Assembly: GCA_043754515.1 (NCBI GenBank)
Contig: JAYUUO010000138.1
Coordinates: 1-38,392 of the forward strand
Length of the DNA stretch: 38,392 bases
Reading direction: 5' to 3'
Origin: Armatimonadota bacterium
GTDB lineage: Bacteria; Armatimonadota; Armatimonadia; Armatimonadales; Armatimonadaceae
Shown: piece by piece, positions 18,051 through 26,963 of the stretch
How the letters are laid out: each line of letters opens with the position of its first letter
How positions within the stretch are numbered: position 1 is the first letter of the stretch
Translations under genes and position numbers: made by a program
Notes under the pieces: generated by a model
Database searches by the model: none
Seen by the model: only the letters and a program-made list of their open reading frames with translations
Told to the model about the DNA's origin: nothing

Positions 18051-19260
18051 GACCAGCCTCCTTCATTCCATTCGTCGGGAACTCGTCCCATTGCTTTCCA
18101 TTGAGGAGCCGCCCCGCGACCGACTTCCCGACACGCGTCAGAAAGTTGAAGGGGACTGGCGAGTCGTCGCCGTTGCCGGGTTCCCGGTCCGCGACGCGCC
18201 CGTCGGGATAGCAGTAGCGCAGATGGCGCGGCTCGATGGCGAATCGTTTAACCGATCCGGAGGACAGGATGGCTTCGTAATCGGTCATCGGGAGCCACTC
18301 GCCCCATTGTTTGTAGAAAAACGGCACGCCAGCCGCGACGCACTGGTCGCGAATGGATCGAACCCAGTCCGGGTGCATCGGCCGTGCGCCGGGACCCGAC
18401 TCGCCGCCCGCTATCACCCACGAAAGTTGCGGGTTCGGGATAAGCGTTCTGCCGTCATTCGGGCACACTTCGCGCGCCGTGGACGTGTCCAGCCCTACCG
18501 AACCGTCGCACGCCCGTAACAGGCGTTTGTGCAACTTGTATGGGCACGCCGGGCAACGCCACTCCCCATCGGGGGACAACCACCGCGTCAAATCAACCGC
18601 CCCCAGGAGCGGCTCGCACGACAAGAAGCGCACCGCGGCGGGAACCCGCACCAGGTGGGGTATCCGCTCGTCCGCGGCTTTCTGATCCTCGACCGACGTC
18701 CCGATCCAGACGTTCGGCGGGAACCCGTCCCGCCAAGGCTCCGGCACCATGCCAGAGAAACCGCCCGAACAGTCAAAAGCCGCTTTTGACGATCCGGCAA
18801 AACTCGTTTTGCCTGTTGCGGTTTTCTCGCCCATGATGTTCTGGAGGCGTTTGGTGAGCAATAACCAGTCGAGCCCCGGCGTGGCTTCGATGAGCGGGAA
18901 CAGCCGGGCGCGGGACGCCGTGACGACCGCGTAGGCGTCCGCGTCCTGGCACGTGTCGCTCCCCTCGAACACGTCCGCGAGGGACGCGCAGAAAATGCGG
19001 TGCCTCTCCCCCGCCGCCAGGGCCGTACGGTTCCAAGCCACCGGCGAACGCCAATACGCCTCCGAAGCCGGTGCGCGGGTGCCTAAAGGACCCCATACGC
19101 CGAGAGTTTTCGGGTTACGCTTCGATAGCGTTTCGGCGTAGCAGTTGCGGCACCCCTCGCTGATTTTGCAGCACCCCCGGTGCGGGTTGAATGTGTATCC
19201 GGGCATCGCCGTCCCGTCCGGTCGGACGCTCGAAGTCCATTCGATCACGGTCAAAGCCAT
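18043..19260 (-). CDS. Phage Gp37/Gp68 family (DUF5131) protein
   Basis: IEWT, TFNPHRGCCKISEGCRNCYAE, RIFCASLADVFE, LLLTKR, NVWIGTSVEDQ, RFLSCEPLLG, WVIAGGESGPGARPMHPDW, PFFYKQWGEW. Confidence 0.93.
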   Translation of the reverse strand: MALTVIEWTSSVRPDGTAMPGYTFNPHRGCCKISEGCRNCYAETLSKRNPKTLGVWGPLGTRAPASEAYWRSPVAWNRTALAAGERHRIFCASLADVFEGSDTCQDADAYAVVTASRARLFPLIEATPGLDWLLLTKRLQNIMGEKTATGKTSFAGSSKAAFDCSGGFSGMVPEPWRDGFPPNVWIGTSVEDQKAADERIPHLVRVPAAVRFLSCEPLLGAVDLTRWLSPDGEWRCPACPYKLHKRLLRACDGSVGLDTSTAREVCPNDGRTLIPNPQLSWVIAGGESGPGARPMHPDWVRSIRDQCVAAGVPFFYKQWGEWLPMTDYEAILSSGSVKRFAIEPRHLRYCYPDGRVADREPGNGDDSPVPFNFLTRVGKSVAGRLLNGKQWDEFPTNGMKEAGHG

Positions 19261-19526
19261 CAATTGAGCCTCCGCGCCGCGGGCGGCATCGGCATCGCGG
19301 GGACCGACTGGCGTTGTGATCCGTGATCGGCGATGTCTTTCGCCGCTTTCATGACCGTCTCCGCCATGGCCATCGCCCCTTCGGGATGGCACTCGAAAAC
19401 GACGATGGTTTTCCGTCCGTCTCGTGTACCGACGCAATAGATCCGGATCGTCCGACGCTCGTGATCCGTTTCTATGCTGATGCCATCGCTCAAATCGTCA
19501 ATGCGAGACACGATGTTGTCAGGCAT
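19260..19526 (-). CDS. Hypothetical phage protein
   Basis: GAGG RBS; stop overlaps the next ATG. Confidence 0.55.
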   Translation of the reverse strand: MPDNIVSRIDDLSDGISIETDHERRTIRIYCVGTRDGRKTIVVFECHPEGAMAMAETVMKAAKDIADHGSQRQSVPAMPMPPAARRLN

Positions 19527-20046
19527 GTATCTTGACCTCTGCTTTCTTTCCTTGACAAACCGGAATGGATTCCGATAACAGGGCGGCGACACGCCGTCCC
19601 TCGTCTGTGATCGCGAACCACGAAGTACGCGGGAACGGTCGTTCGCCTCCGGCCAAAGCACGCTGTTTTTCCTCGAACAGACCGCGCCTGACGAGTGCCG
19701 CGCCGGTCGCCCAGTCACGCCCCCGCGCTCTCATCCCCCCCGCGCACGATCTATTGTGCGCATGGCGGTGGAGGAGCCATGCCTGACGCTCGGACAGGCC
19801 GTGCGCCACCCGGGCGGGCAATATCGCGGCGTTCTCGCCCTTCGCTCTCGCGCGGGTCTCCTCGCGCTCCAATCGCCGGAGGCGGGCACCGGCGGCCTGG
19901 CGAACGCGCAGCTGTACCTCGCCCCCCGGCAGAGCGAGAACCCGGCCGAGTTCCGTTTTGCCCATCCGGGAGACAAGAGAAAGGCGGTCTTTCACGTCGT
20001 AGCAGTGTCCCCCACGGGGAGGGCAGAAAATGTTACTCGTCTCCAT
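19519..20046 (-). CDS. Hypothetical protein with possible C-terminal winged helix
   Basis: LSERQAWLL...ALVRRGLFE...AITDEGRR pattern. Confidence 0.55.
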   Translation of the reverse strand: METSNIFCPPRGGHCYDVKDRLSLVSRMGKTELGRVLALPGGEVQLRVRQAAGARLRRLEREETRARAKGENAAILPARVAHGLSERQAWLLHRHAHNRSCAGGMRARGRDWATGAALVRRGLFEEKQRALAGGERPFPRTSWFAITDEGRRVAALLSESIPVCQGKKAEVKIHA

Positions 20047-20476
20047 CGCTGTCTTCTTTTTGGGTGCAGAATCGGCGGAATCCGGGGTACGTGCCGGTTC
20101 GCATCTCGCGGACGATGGCGTCGAGGTACTGCTCCGCGCCGAGGGTAACCGATCCGGTTTCCGGCTCATCGCAAACCGCCGCGGGGAAAAACGCGGCATC
20201 TCTCGAAACGAGTTTCGAGATTGTTTCGGTTTGTCGAGAGTTGATACTCGCGCGGCTCCAAGACTGACCGGCAAGCGGTCGGTAAGCGTCCCCCTCGTTC
20301 CCTCCGCCGAACCCGATTGCTACCGCGACGCAGGGCAGGGAATCGTGGTTGCCGAACGCCGCGTAGTTGCCGGAGAGCAGGACGCGCAATTCCCTGAGCT
20401 GGCACTCCATATCGGTGATGATCGCGCGGACGAACTCGGCGTCGCCGGGCGTGAGTGTCGCGGTTCCGGGTATCAT
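20033..20476 (-). CDS. Hypothetical phage protein
   Basis: ATGA overlap with the upstream HAD gene. Confidence 0.55.
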   Translation of the reverse strand: MIPGTATLTPGDAEFVRAIITDMECQLRELRVLLSGNYAAFGNHDSLPCVAVAIGFGGGNEGDAYRPLAGQSWSRASINSRQTETISKLVSRDAAFFPAAVCDEPETGSVTLGAEQYLDAIVREMRTGTYPGFRRFCTQKEDSDGDE

Positions 20477-21078
20477 GAGAAGCTTGCTCCGTCCAGTGCC
20501 TTCGCCGCCGCGAACCGGATCAATTCCAGCCGCTCGCTCGGCGGGACATCCCTCCGTTCCGACTGGTAGAGGATCGTGTGTAGCCACCCGAGGACCGACC
20601 CGAGCTGCGGATCCGTGCCGACCACCACGCCTGTGTTGGCGATCACGTGGAAGGCGCGGTCGTCGAACAGCATCGCCATCGCGAAATCCTTCGTCGCGGT
20701 GACGGGCAGTTCGCGCCCGATATGCTCCTCGCACCACGCCTTGACGAGGGCGGTCTGGGCGGCGGCGAAAGCGCCGTCATCCACCAGGTCCGCGCCGCTG
20801 ACCTTCCCGCACGCGGCGACCCGCGCCGTGAAGATTCGGACATCCACGCCGTCCGTTAGCAGGCGGTGGACGAGGGCGACCATGCGCGGCACCGGCTCGC
20901 CGACGGCGAAAATGCTCGGCGCGGGCGACTCGGCGAGCGTGCCGTCGAGGTCAACCCCGACCCATCCGTTTTCGAGGGTCGCCATATGTGGCGTGTTATT
21001 GTGCAATGGGTGGCCCGCCGCTTCCATTTGGCTGGTCGCTTCCCGCGACGGCGATTCTGGGTTCGATGTGTTACTCAT
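20473..21078 (-). CDS. HAD-superfamily phosphatase-like phage protein
   Basis: WVGVDLDGTLA (DxD), VRIFTARV, TKD...LFDDRA. Confidence 0.85.
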   Translation of the reverse strand: MSNTSNPESPSREATSQMEAAGHPLHNNTPHMATLENGWVGVDLDGTLAESPAPSIFAVGEPVPRMVALVHRLLTDGVDVRIFTARVAACGKVSGADLVDDGAFAAAQTALVKAWCEEHIGRELPVTATKDFAMAMLFDDRAFHVIANTGVVVGTDPQLGSVLGWLHTILYQSERRDVPPSERLELIRFAAAKALDGASFS

Positions 21079-21520
21079 AGTTCGCACCATTTGGCGAGCG
21101 GGTGGATACGGCGATCACGCGATTCGCACTAGTCATCCCCGCCAACTCGGCTATGGGGTCAACGGCTTCGACATCGGCGATGAGTACGGATAATTCGTGC
21201 GTCGCGCCATACATCGCCGCTATGCCGGAAACCCAAGCTTCGCGGAAATCGGTATTTTTGATGTCGTGAACTGGGTCATCCACGGGGACTGTCACAAACG
21301 CCAGCCACGGCAGGTGTTTGGCTAGTTCGGTTTTGAGTCGCCGACAGACGCGAGGGATCTGGTGCGTCCAGACAGGAAACCCGGCGAGCTGTTCTACGGC
21401 CCCGTGAAAATCCGAGAAGTTCTCGCACAGTAGGTAACCGGTGTAGACGGATAGTAGAACCTCCGTCCGGTACCACCCAATTCCCGCCTCTTTTTTTGTG
21501 TCGTCTTGCAATGCCCGCAT
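21071..21520 (-). CDS. Conserved hypothetical phage protein
   Basis: LLSVYTGYLL...G.PVWTHQIPRV motif; GGAG RBS. Confidence 0.65.
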   Translation of the reverse strand: MRALQDDTKKEAGIGWYRTEVLLSVYTGYLLCENFSDFHGAVEQLAGFPVWTHQIPRVCRRLKTELAKHLPWLAFVTVPVDDPVHDIKNTDFREAWVSGIAAMYGATHELSVLIADVEAVDPIAELAGMTSANRVIAVSTRSPNGANYE

Positions 21521-21594
21521 ATATTTCTCCGTCCCCCTGTTTCCAGCGCAACACGCCCCGGCGACTTTAGATCGCCGACATCTCTAAGCCGGGT

Positions 21595-22047
21595 CTACCA
21601 TCGCGCCCCGCCCCGCCCTAACGAGCCGCCGTCTCGGGTCGTATCATTTCGCGCGACGGCGAAGTTATTGAGTTGGTGGAAAGCACATCTGCCGGTAGCC
21701 GATGCGGCACCCGGCTCGGGTGCCGCCCAGCCGCACCGCACGAGCGGGATCGCTTCGCGCAGGTAGCGCGCGAGGCCGTCCCCGTGCTTGCAGATCCCCC
21801 ACACTTCGCACGACTTGCAGGAGCATACGTAGGTCGCCTTTCCCGTCCCCCGGTCGCGGTACATCTGCACGGTGTAGGTCGGCGACTCCTCGCCCGGACG
21901 GTAGATCGTGAAAAGACCGCCGCGCACCGCGCCGAACCGGTAGCCGTCGGCGACCAGCGTCCTCCCGCGCTCCCGCGCGGTGTGGATGGCTTTCGCGCGG
22001 GCTATCCCCCGCTTGACGGCGTCTATGAATCCTCTCACGTGTCGCAT
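21595..22047 (-). CDS. SWIM zinc-finger protein
   Basis: YTV...CSCKSCEVWGICKH (CxC-xn-CKH). Confidence 0.75.
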   Translation of the reverse strand: MRHVRGFIDAVKRGIARAKAIHTARERGRTLVADGYRFGAVRGGLFTIYRPGEESPTYTVQMYRDRGTGKATYVCSCKSCEVWGICKHGDGLARYLREAIPLVRCGWAAPEPGAASATGRCAFHQLNNFAVARNDTTRDGGSLGRGGARW

Positions 22048-22457
22048 CAATTGGTGTATCCCTCTCCGGAATCGTCAAAACGAGTTTTGACTGGACGCGG
22101 TGCTATAGAAAAATCGAATGTGAAGGGGGTGACGTCCCGTCCGGCGTCGAATTCGCCCGCGAATCGGTCCGCGCTCTCGGGCAGGACGATCACATCTTCC
22201 CTCCTGGCGCGTCCCCCTTCTGGGAAAAACGGGCCAGAGAAAACGCCGCGTTTCTCTCCGCCCGTTTGTTCCGAGCCGATCAGGAAAGCTATCGCCCGTT
22301 CCCGGTTGTCGTAAGCGACGCCCCAGGCCTGCCCCGTCGCTTCGCGCAGGGCGAGCGCGACGGCGCAGTGATTGCGCAAGAAAATCGCTTCGCGCGATTT
22401 CTCTGGGTGGCCGCGCATGCCCTGCCTGATGTGCGCGGCGGTGACGGTGACGATCAT
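22047..22457 (-). CDS. Conserved hypothetical phage protein carrying in-frame repeat inserts
   Basis: MIVTVTAAHIRQG...CAVALAL...LPESADRFAGEFDAGRDVTPFTF. Confidence 0.65.
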   Translation of the reverse strand: MIVTVTAAHIRQGMRGHPEKSREAIFLRNHCAVALALREATGQAWGVAYDNRERAIAFLIGSEQTGGEKRGVFSGPFFPEGGRARREDVIVLPESADRFAGEFDAGRDVTPFTFDFSIAPRPVKTRFDDSGEGYTN

Positions 22458-22759
22458 CGGCTCGCCCCCCCACTCTTCGGGCTAGACCGCTCCTCTATCA
22501 TCCGTGCCGCCGTTTTGTTGCGACAAACGTCTTTCAGTACCGCCTCGACCACCAACCGCACGAAGGCCGCGTCCGCGCCGGGGGGGAGGACGTGTGATGA
22601 TTCGCACCCGTCCACGTGGTAGGAAACCGAGTGGGGCTGATCACGGCTCGGTAGCGTCTCCATCCGTGTCAGGCGTAGTCCGGCGTCGCGATACAGAACG
22701 CACATCCGCCCGCCGCGTAGCGAAGTCCCCACCTTCTTGAAGTCGCAAAGGAGCTTCAT
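22454..22759 (-). CDS. Hypothetical phage protein
   Basis: ATGA overlaps on both sides. Confidence 0.55.
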   Translation of the reverse strand: MKLLCDFKKVGTSLRGGRMCVLYRDAGLRLTRMETLPSRDQPHSVSYHVDGCESSHVLPPGADAAFVRLVVEAVLKDVCRNKTAARMIEERSSPKSGGASR

Positions 22760-23331
22760 AGGGTGCCCCCTTTGCGGAAGTCGGGTGTGATCACCCCGCG
22801 CGTGCTGTCCATAAAAAACGCGCGGCGGGTATGTTCCTGTGTGAAAGCCGCGTCCTTGTCAGCTTCCAGGCAGTGCCAGAGGTGGAGGCACCGCCCGTGG
22901 TCGTTCACGTGCCGGTCGGCGGGCGGGAACACCGCGTAGGCGAACGTGTCGTCGCCTAGGAAGTCGGCTTTCACCCGCGACATTTCCGCGTGCGTAGGAA
23001 TGTGCTCCGGGTGCGAAACGGAGACGTGCATCCAGAGCCGCCCGTCCCGCTCCCTGGCCACCGAGCAGAAAACACGGAGGCCGAGTTCCCCGTTTACCGC
23101 CATAACGAGCATGTCGTTCTCCTCGCCCCCGACGACTTCCCAGGCGGGGGGCAGGGGGCGAACAAGGGCGGCCCCCATCGGCACGTACTCGCCTCGCGCT
23201 ACCTCCACCCGCGCGAGCGAGAGATGTTCCACTTTCCAGCGGAACTTATCGCTGGGCGACATGTTCTCGAGGATTCCGTTCCGCGCGGGCGCGGGGCTGA
23301 AAGCACTGATCACGCTATTCCTCGGCATCAT
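22756..23331 (-). CDS. Conserved phage protein (HVSVS...CLHLW family)
   Basis: WMHVSVSH...PTHAEMSRVKADFLG...FPP...VN.H..CLHLW. Confidence 0.75.
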   Translation of the reverse strand: MMPRNSVISAFSPAPARNGILENMSPSDKFRWKVEHLSLARVEVARGEYVPMGAALVRPLPPAWEVVGGEENDMLVMAVNGELGLRVFCSVARERDGRLWMHVSVSHPEHIPTHAEMSRVKADFLGDDTFAYAVFPPADRHVNDHGRCLHLWHCLEADKDAAFTQEHTRRAFFMDSTRGVITPDFRKGGTL

Positions 23332-23656
23332 GCCCTCCCGAAGGGAAACGGGTTCCCTCCCCCGCCGGTAGAACCTTGCCGACCAGATCGGCCAGGTCCA
23401 GAACCCCGACTGCGGAAGCAATGCGGCTCGCCATGTAGGCAACCAGGGCATCTAGGATTAGCCGGCAACGGAGCGGCTCGGAGAAATCCAGGGCTTGTTC
23501 GGTGCCCGCGAACTCCCACAACACGGCTTCGTCCGTCCCGAAATAGGCGGTGACTGTTTCGCGCCCGCCGGATCGGAGCGAAAAGCCGAAGCGGATGACC
23601 CGCGCGGCGGCGACGTACTCGCCCGCCTGGGTCTTGATGAAAAGGGGCATCGGCAT
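23315..23656 (-). CDS. Hypothetical phage protein
   Basis: GGAGGT RBS; within the operon. Confidence 0.55.
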   Translation of the reverse strand: MPMPLFIKTQAGEYVAAARVIRFGFSLRSGGRETVTAYFGTDEAVLWEFAGTEQALDFSEPLRCRLILDALVAYMASRIASAVGVLDLADLVGKVLPAGEGTRFPSGGHDAEE

Positions 23657-23658
23657 CG

Positions 23659-24159
23659 CTACAGCACCTCCACTTCGTAGGTGAGGCAACCCGGCATCGT
23701 TACCCGCCCGGTCATGCCAGGGGCGGGACGGACGCCCGAAAGCGCGGCGTCGCGGAAGAAGCGGACGCGGACGGCGTTGACCGTGGGCATGTCGAGCACT
23801 TCGGGGTACCGCCCGGTGCTGTCGGGGAGTTTATCCAGGCTTTTGACCCGGAACCGGCACACGGGGATGTCCGTCACGGCGGCGGCGAACACGGCCGCCT
23901 CGCGCTCGCCGTTCAGCCCGCTAAGGACATTTTTCGCCGCGGCGACGTCCAGCGCGGCGGCTTCATGCTCTTCAAGGTACCGGCGGTGCCAAGGGGATCC
24001 GGCTTTCGTTGCCGTCAGGCTCCGCTCGGCGCGGGCGCGGCGCACCTGCGCCGCCGTGAGGCGCGAGACTGCCGCGAGGAGTTCCGCCGTTCGCGCGGCG
24101 GAGAGTTCCGATGTCGGTGGTTGTATGGCGAACGATGCCGCCGTGTGGGTATAATGCAT
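23659..24159 (-). CDS. Hypothetical protein, first gene after the operator-controlled promoter
   Basis: GGAGG upstream of ATG 24159. Confidence 0.55.
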   Translation of the reverse strand: MHYTHTAASFAIQPPTSELSAARTAELLAAVSRLTAAQVRRARAERSLTATKAGSPWHRRYLEEHEAAALDVAAAKNVLSGLNGEREAAVFAAAVTDIPVCRFRVKSLDKLPDSTGRYPEVLDMPTVNAVRVRFFRDAALSGVRPAPGMTGRVTMPGCLTYEVEVL

Positions 24160-24242
24160 TCGGGTTTTTCCTGCCTCCGTCAACAGATCAGCTTTCCAGG
24201 GCCTTTCGTCTGTGGCGGGGGCATTTTGTTTTCTACAAGTCT

Positions 24243-24271
24243 ATTATTACAGCAAAACTGTAATTAGTCAA
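24243..24271 (-). promoter_or_regulatory. Leftward promoter with 17-bp operator (24247-24263)
   Basis: TTGACT-17 nt-AATAAT on the minus strand; operator TTACAGCAAAACTGTAA lies over the spacer and the start of the -10. Confidence 0.7.
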
Positions 24272-24574
24272 CTAATACGCTGTATCTCCGAAAGCATTTT
24301 CCGTGCCAGCCTTCCCCGCCGCCTTTTCATGATCGGCCCCGGCACCTCGGGCATCCTCGACCGCCCAGGCATCTTTCATTTCCTTTAACCGCGCTACGAT
24401 CTCGTCGAACACGAGTAGCCGGGGCAGGTTCTCCCCCCGCCTCCACCCGCCGACGGTCCTCTCGGTGGCGCGGGCCAGCACGGCGAATTCGGCGTCGTCC
24501 ATGCCGCTCTTCCTTATGAGGCGGGCGATGGACGTGTCCGCGTACTTTTTCTTCCGTGTATCGGTAGCATTCAT
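24272..24574 (-). CDS. Cro-like XRE HTH regulator
   Basis: SGMDDAEFAVLARATERTVGGWRRGENLP HTH; divergent from the second HTH gene. Confidence 0.8.
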   Translation of the reverse strand: MNATDTRKKKYADTSIARLIRKSGMDDAEFAVLARATERTVGGWRRGENLPRLLVFDEIVARLKEMKDAWAVEDARGAGADHEKAAGKAGTENAFGDTAY

Positions 24575-24580
24575 ACCCGC

Positions 24581-24636
24581 ATATTACAGGAAAACTGTAG
24601 ATAAATCAATTTTTTATATTTACAGTTTTCCTGTAA
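24581..24636. promoter_or_regulatory. Immunity-switch operators and cro promoter
   Basis: TTACAGGAAAACTGTAG (24584-24600) and TTACAGTTTTCCTGTAA (24620-24636); minus-strand TTGATT-17 nt-TAATAT 6 nt before the cro ATG. Confidence 0.8.
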
Positions 24637-24814
24637 CCTTCTTACCGGGTCGGGGGTCTGTGCTGTCATGTTCAATAAATCGCCCCGCCCGAAACTCATT
24701 CACGCGGAAACGACTCCAGCCCCAAGGGGACCGCGGCAGGCGAAAGTCAGTTTCGTCTGCCGCGAATCCCCGGTCGGCGTGGGGTGCCGGTCCGCCTCGC
24801 GGGGGCACGATTCT

Positions 24815-25258
24815 ATGGACCACCTGGAAGAAAAACGGCAACGGGGCAAGCTCTTTTCGGAGTGGCTCCGCAAGATCACCGCCGACCCGCGCACCGGCGA
24901 GCAGCCCAAGGCGTCATCCGTCGCCCGCGCCGTGAGCCTTTCCTCCGGCCGCGTGGGGGTGCTGATGGGCGGAGCCGTCGAACACGATGGGCGGATCAGC
25001 CTCCCCAAAGGCGACACCATCGACCGCATCGCCACCAAATACGGCGCGGACGCGAACGAGGCCAGGGTGATCGTCGGCCTCGCACCCCGGCAGTCGGCGG
25101 GGAACATATTCATCCCCGAGATCGGCGCGCGCAAGTTCGTCCTCTCCACGGGGGACGTCCTCTTCTCGCGGCCGAACGACCCCGACGCGGCGCGGCGGGC
25201 GGCACTCGTCGAGGCGTATCTCGCCGGTCTCCAGTCGGGACTGGAGAAGCGCGATTAG
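24815..25258 (+). CDS. CI-like XRE HTH repressor (no peptidase domain seen)
   Basis: FSEWLRK...ASSVARAVSLSSGRVGVLMGG...PKGDTIDRIATKYGAD...GL; divergent from the cro-like gene. Confidence 0.65.
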   Translation: MDHLEEKRQRGKLFSEWLRKITADPRTGEQPKASSVARAVSLSSGRVGVLMGGAVEHDGRISLPKGDTIDRIATKYGADANEARVIVGLAPRQSAGNIFIPEIGARKFVLSTGDVLFSRPNDPDAARRAALVEAYLAGLQSGLEKRD

Positions 25259-25785
25259 GGTACTACGGTCGGTGCGCCATGCCCCGGGACGCACGAGAAA
25301 AAAGTACGCGCCGTCTTCGCGGCGTAAATATCCGGGGTCGCGGGCGGCCGCGTCCGGCACCATGACATAAGGGAATCCGTCCGGGGTCCGTCCGGCGGCA
25401 CTGATCGGGGTCGTTGTTATTCGCATTGTTTCACCGATCGCGAAAGCCGGGACGCTACGCGTGCGGAGAACGAACGTTCGCCGTTTCTCCACGAATAATA
25501 TAACACAAAGGGGGAGCTGAATACAAACAAAAAGTAAACAGTTTTTCGGGCGGTTTTTCCGCGCGGCGTGGAAAGATCGTCGGCCCGTGTTTTACCGGAG
25601 GTACGGTGCCTATTTCGTCGGACACGGCGTCGGCACGCTATTTGCTACCGATGTCGCGGAAGGTCCGCCGGGGCCTGACGGCGTGTCCGTTAGCGCGGGG
25701 GGATCGCATCCTCCGCGAAGAAAAACTAGCCTGCGGCACTACCGCCGGGCGGAAATCTATGAGGATATTCATCATGCGTAATTCT

Positions 25786-26445
25786 ATGGACGAAACTGCG
25801 AAGACCTCGACCCGCGCGATCGCGCGGGAACGCTCCGCGCTTCTCTGTCTCGCTGGGCTACTGATCGCTAGCGCGGGCGGTTGTGGCGGCGGCTCCGGCG
25901 GGTCAACCGTCGTCGCGACGGTGACACCGACGCCCGCGCCGACGGCGACCCCGCTCCCGAGCGACCCCGCCACCGGCCTCCTCATCGCGGGCCGGATCAT
26001 CAGCCCGGACGGCACGAAAACGGTGCTCGTCGAGACGCTCCCCGGCGCGAACCCGACCCGGCTGTTCGTACAGCCCGCCGGCGGCTCTCCGTCGGAGCTG
26101 CCGAACTCCGCGCTCGGCGCGAACCGACTGTCTCTCGCGGGCGGCGCGAGTGCGACCGCGATCTGGTCTCCCGGTTCGGACAAGGTGTTCTACGAGACGA
26201 CCCAGGCGGCGAACACCAGCGGCTACGACGGGGCATACGTGTTGCGCTGCGCCGCCTTCGGCGGGGGCGTCATAAAGCAAATCCAGTCGACGGTCGCGTT
26301 CGGACTCAGCGAGAAGCACGTCTACGGCGGCTTCACGGCGGATGGCGCGGCAGTGCCCTATACGTCGGACAGCGTGCCGGGTCAAGCCGGGACGCGCCGT
26401 TTCCGGTTCGACGCGGTGACGGGAGCTGTCGCGAGTGCGGAATAG
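25786..26445 (+). CDS. Lipoprotein with TolB/PD40-like repeats
   Basis: Hydrophobic signal ending AGG-C, PT-rich linker, SPDGTK and WSPGSDKVFY repeats. Confidence 0.7.
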   Translation: MDETAKTSTRAIARERSALLCLAGLLIASAGGCGGGSGGSTVVATVTPTPAPTATPLPSDPATGLLIAGRIISPDGTKTVLVETLPGANPTRLFVQPAGGSPSELPNSALGANRLSLAGGASATAIWSPGSDKVFYETTQAANTSGYDGAYVLRCAAFGGGVIKQIQSTVAFGLSEKHVYGGFTADGAAVPYTSDSVPGQAGTRRFRFDAVTGAVASAE

Positions 26446-26890
26446 CCCTTCTTCCGGTGCGACGCGCCTGCTCTATCTCGCGGCCAGCGTGCTCTTCCTG
26501 GCCGGAACAATCGCCGCGATTTCCCCCGTCGCGCCTTGCGCGGCACAAAGTGCAAGAGGGATGCACGGCCAAGTCTCGTGTTCACGAGCACCGAAAAACG
26601 CGCTGTCACGCCTGGATGAGCGGGCAAAGCGCAAGATCTACTGGGATCGCATCGTGGCCTGTCATAGGGCGGCGGTGGAGGCGCGGAAGAAATACCCCTT
26701 GCTCCCCGGCATGAGCAAGGCGCAGGTAATGAAGATGTCCGGGGCCTCGAACGAAATAGAATAGGCCCTCCAGGTCAAATATTCGCGCCCGATTCGCGCT
26801 CGGTACCACCTGACCGAGGTCGATCTCGACAGGCTGAGCATTATAGGCGATAAGAAAAACTATCCGAACCCGTCCTTGGGATACTACTGA
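26435..26890 (+). pseudogene. Exported protein interrupted by in-frame TAG (26762-26764)
   Basis: Signal peptide; frame continues ALQVKYSRPIRARYHLTEVDLDRLSIIGDKKNYPNP to TGA 26890. Confidence 0.55.
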
Positions 26891-26963
26891 GAAGGCACCG
26901 CGAGAGACATGACGGACGATACCGCATGTGGACTCGGCATTGATCGCAAGGTGGCTCCGAACC

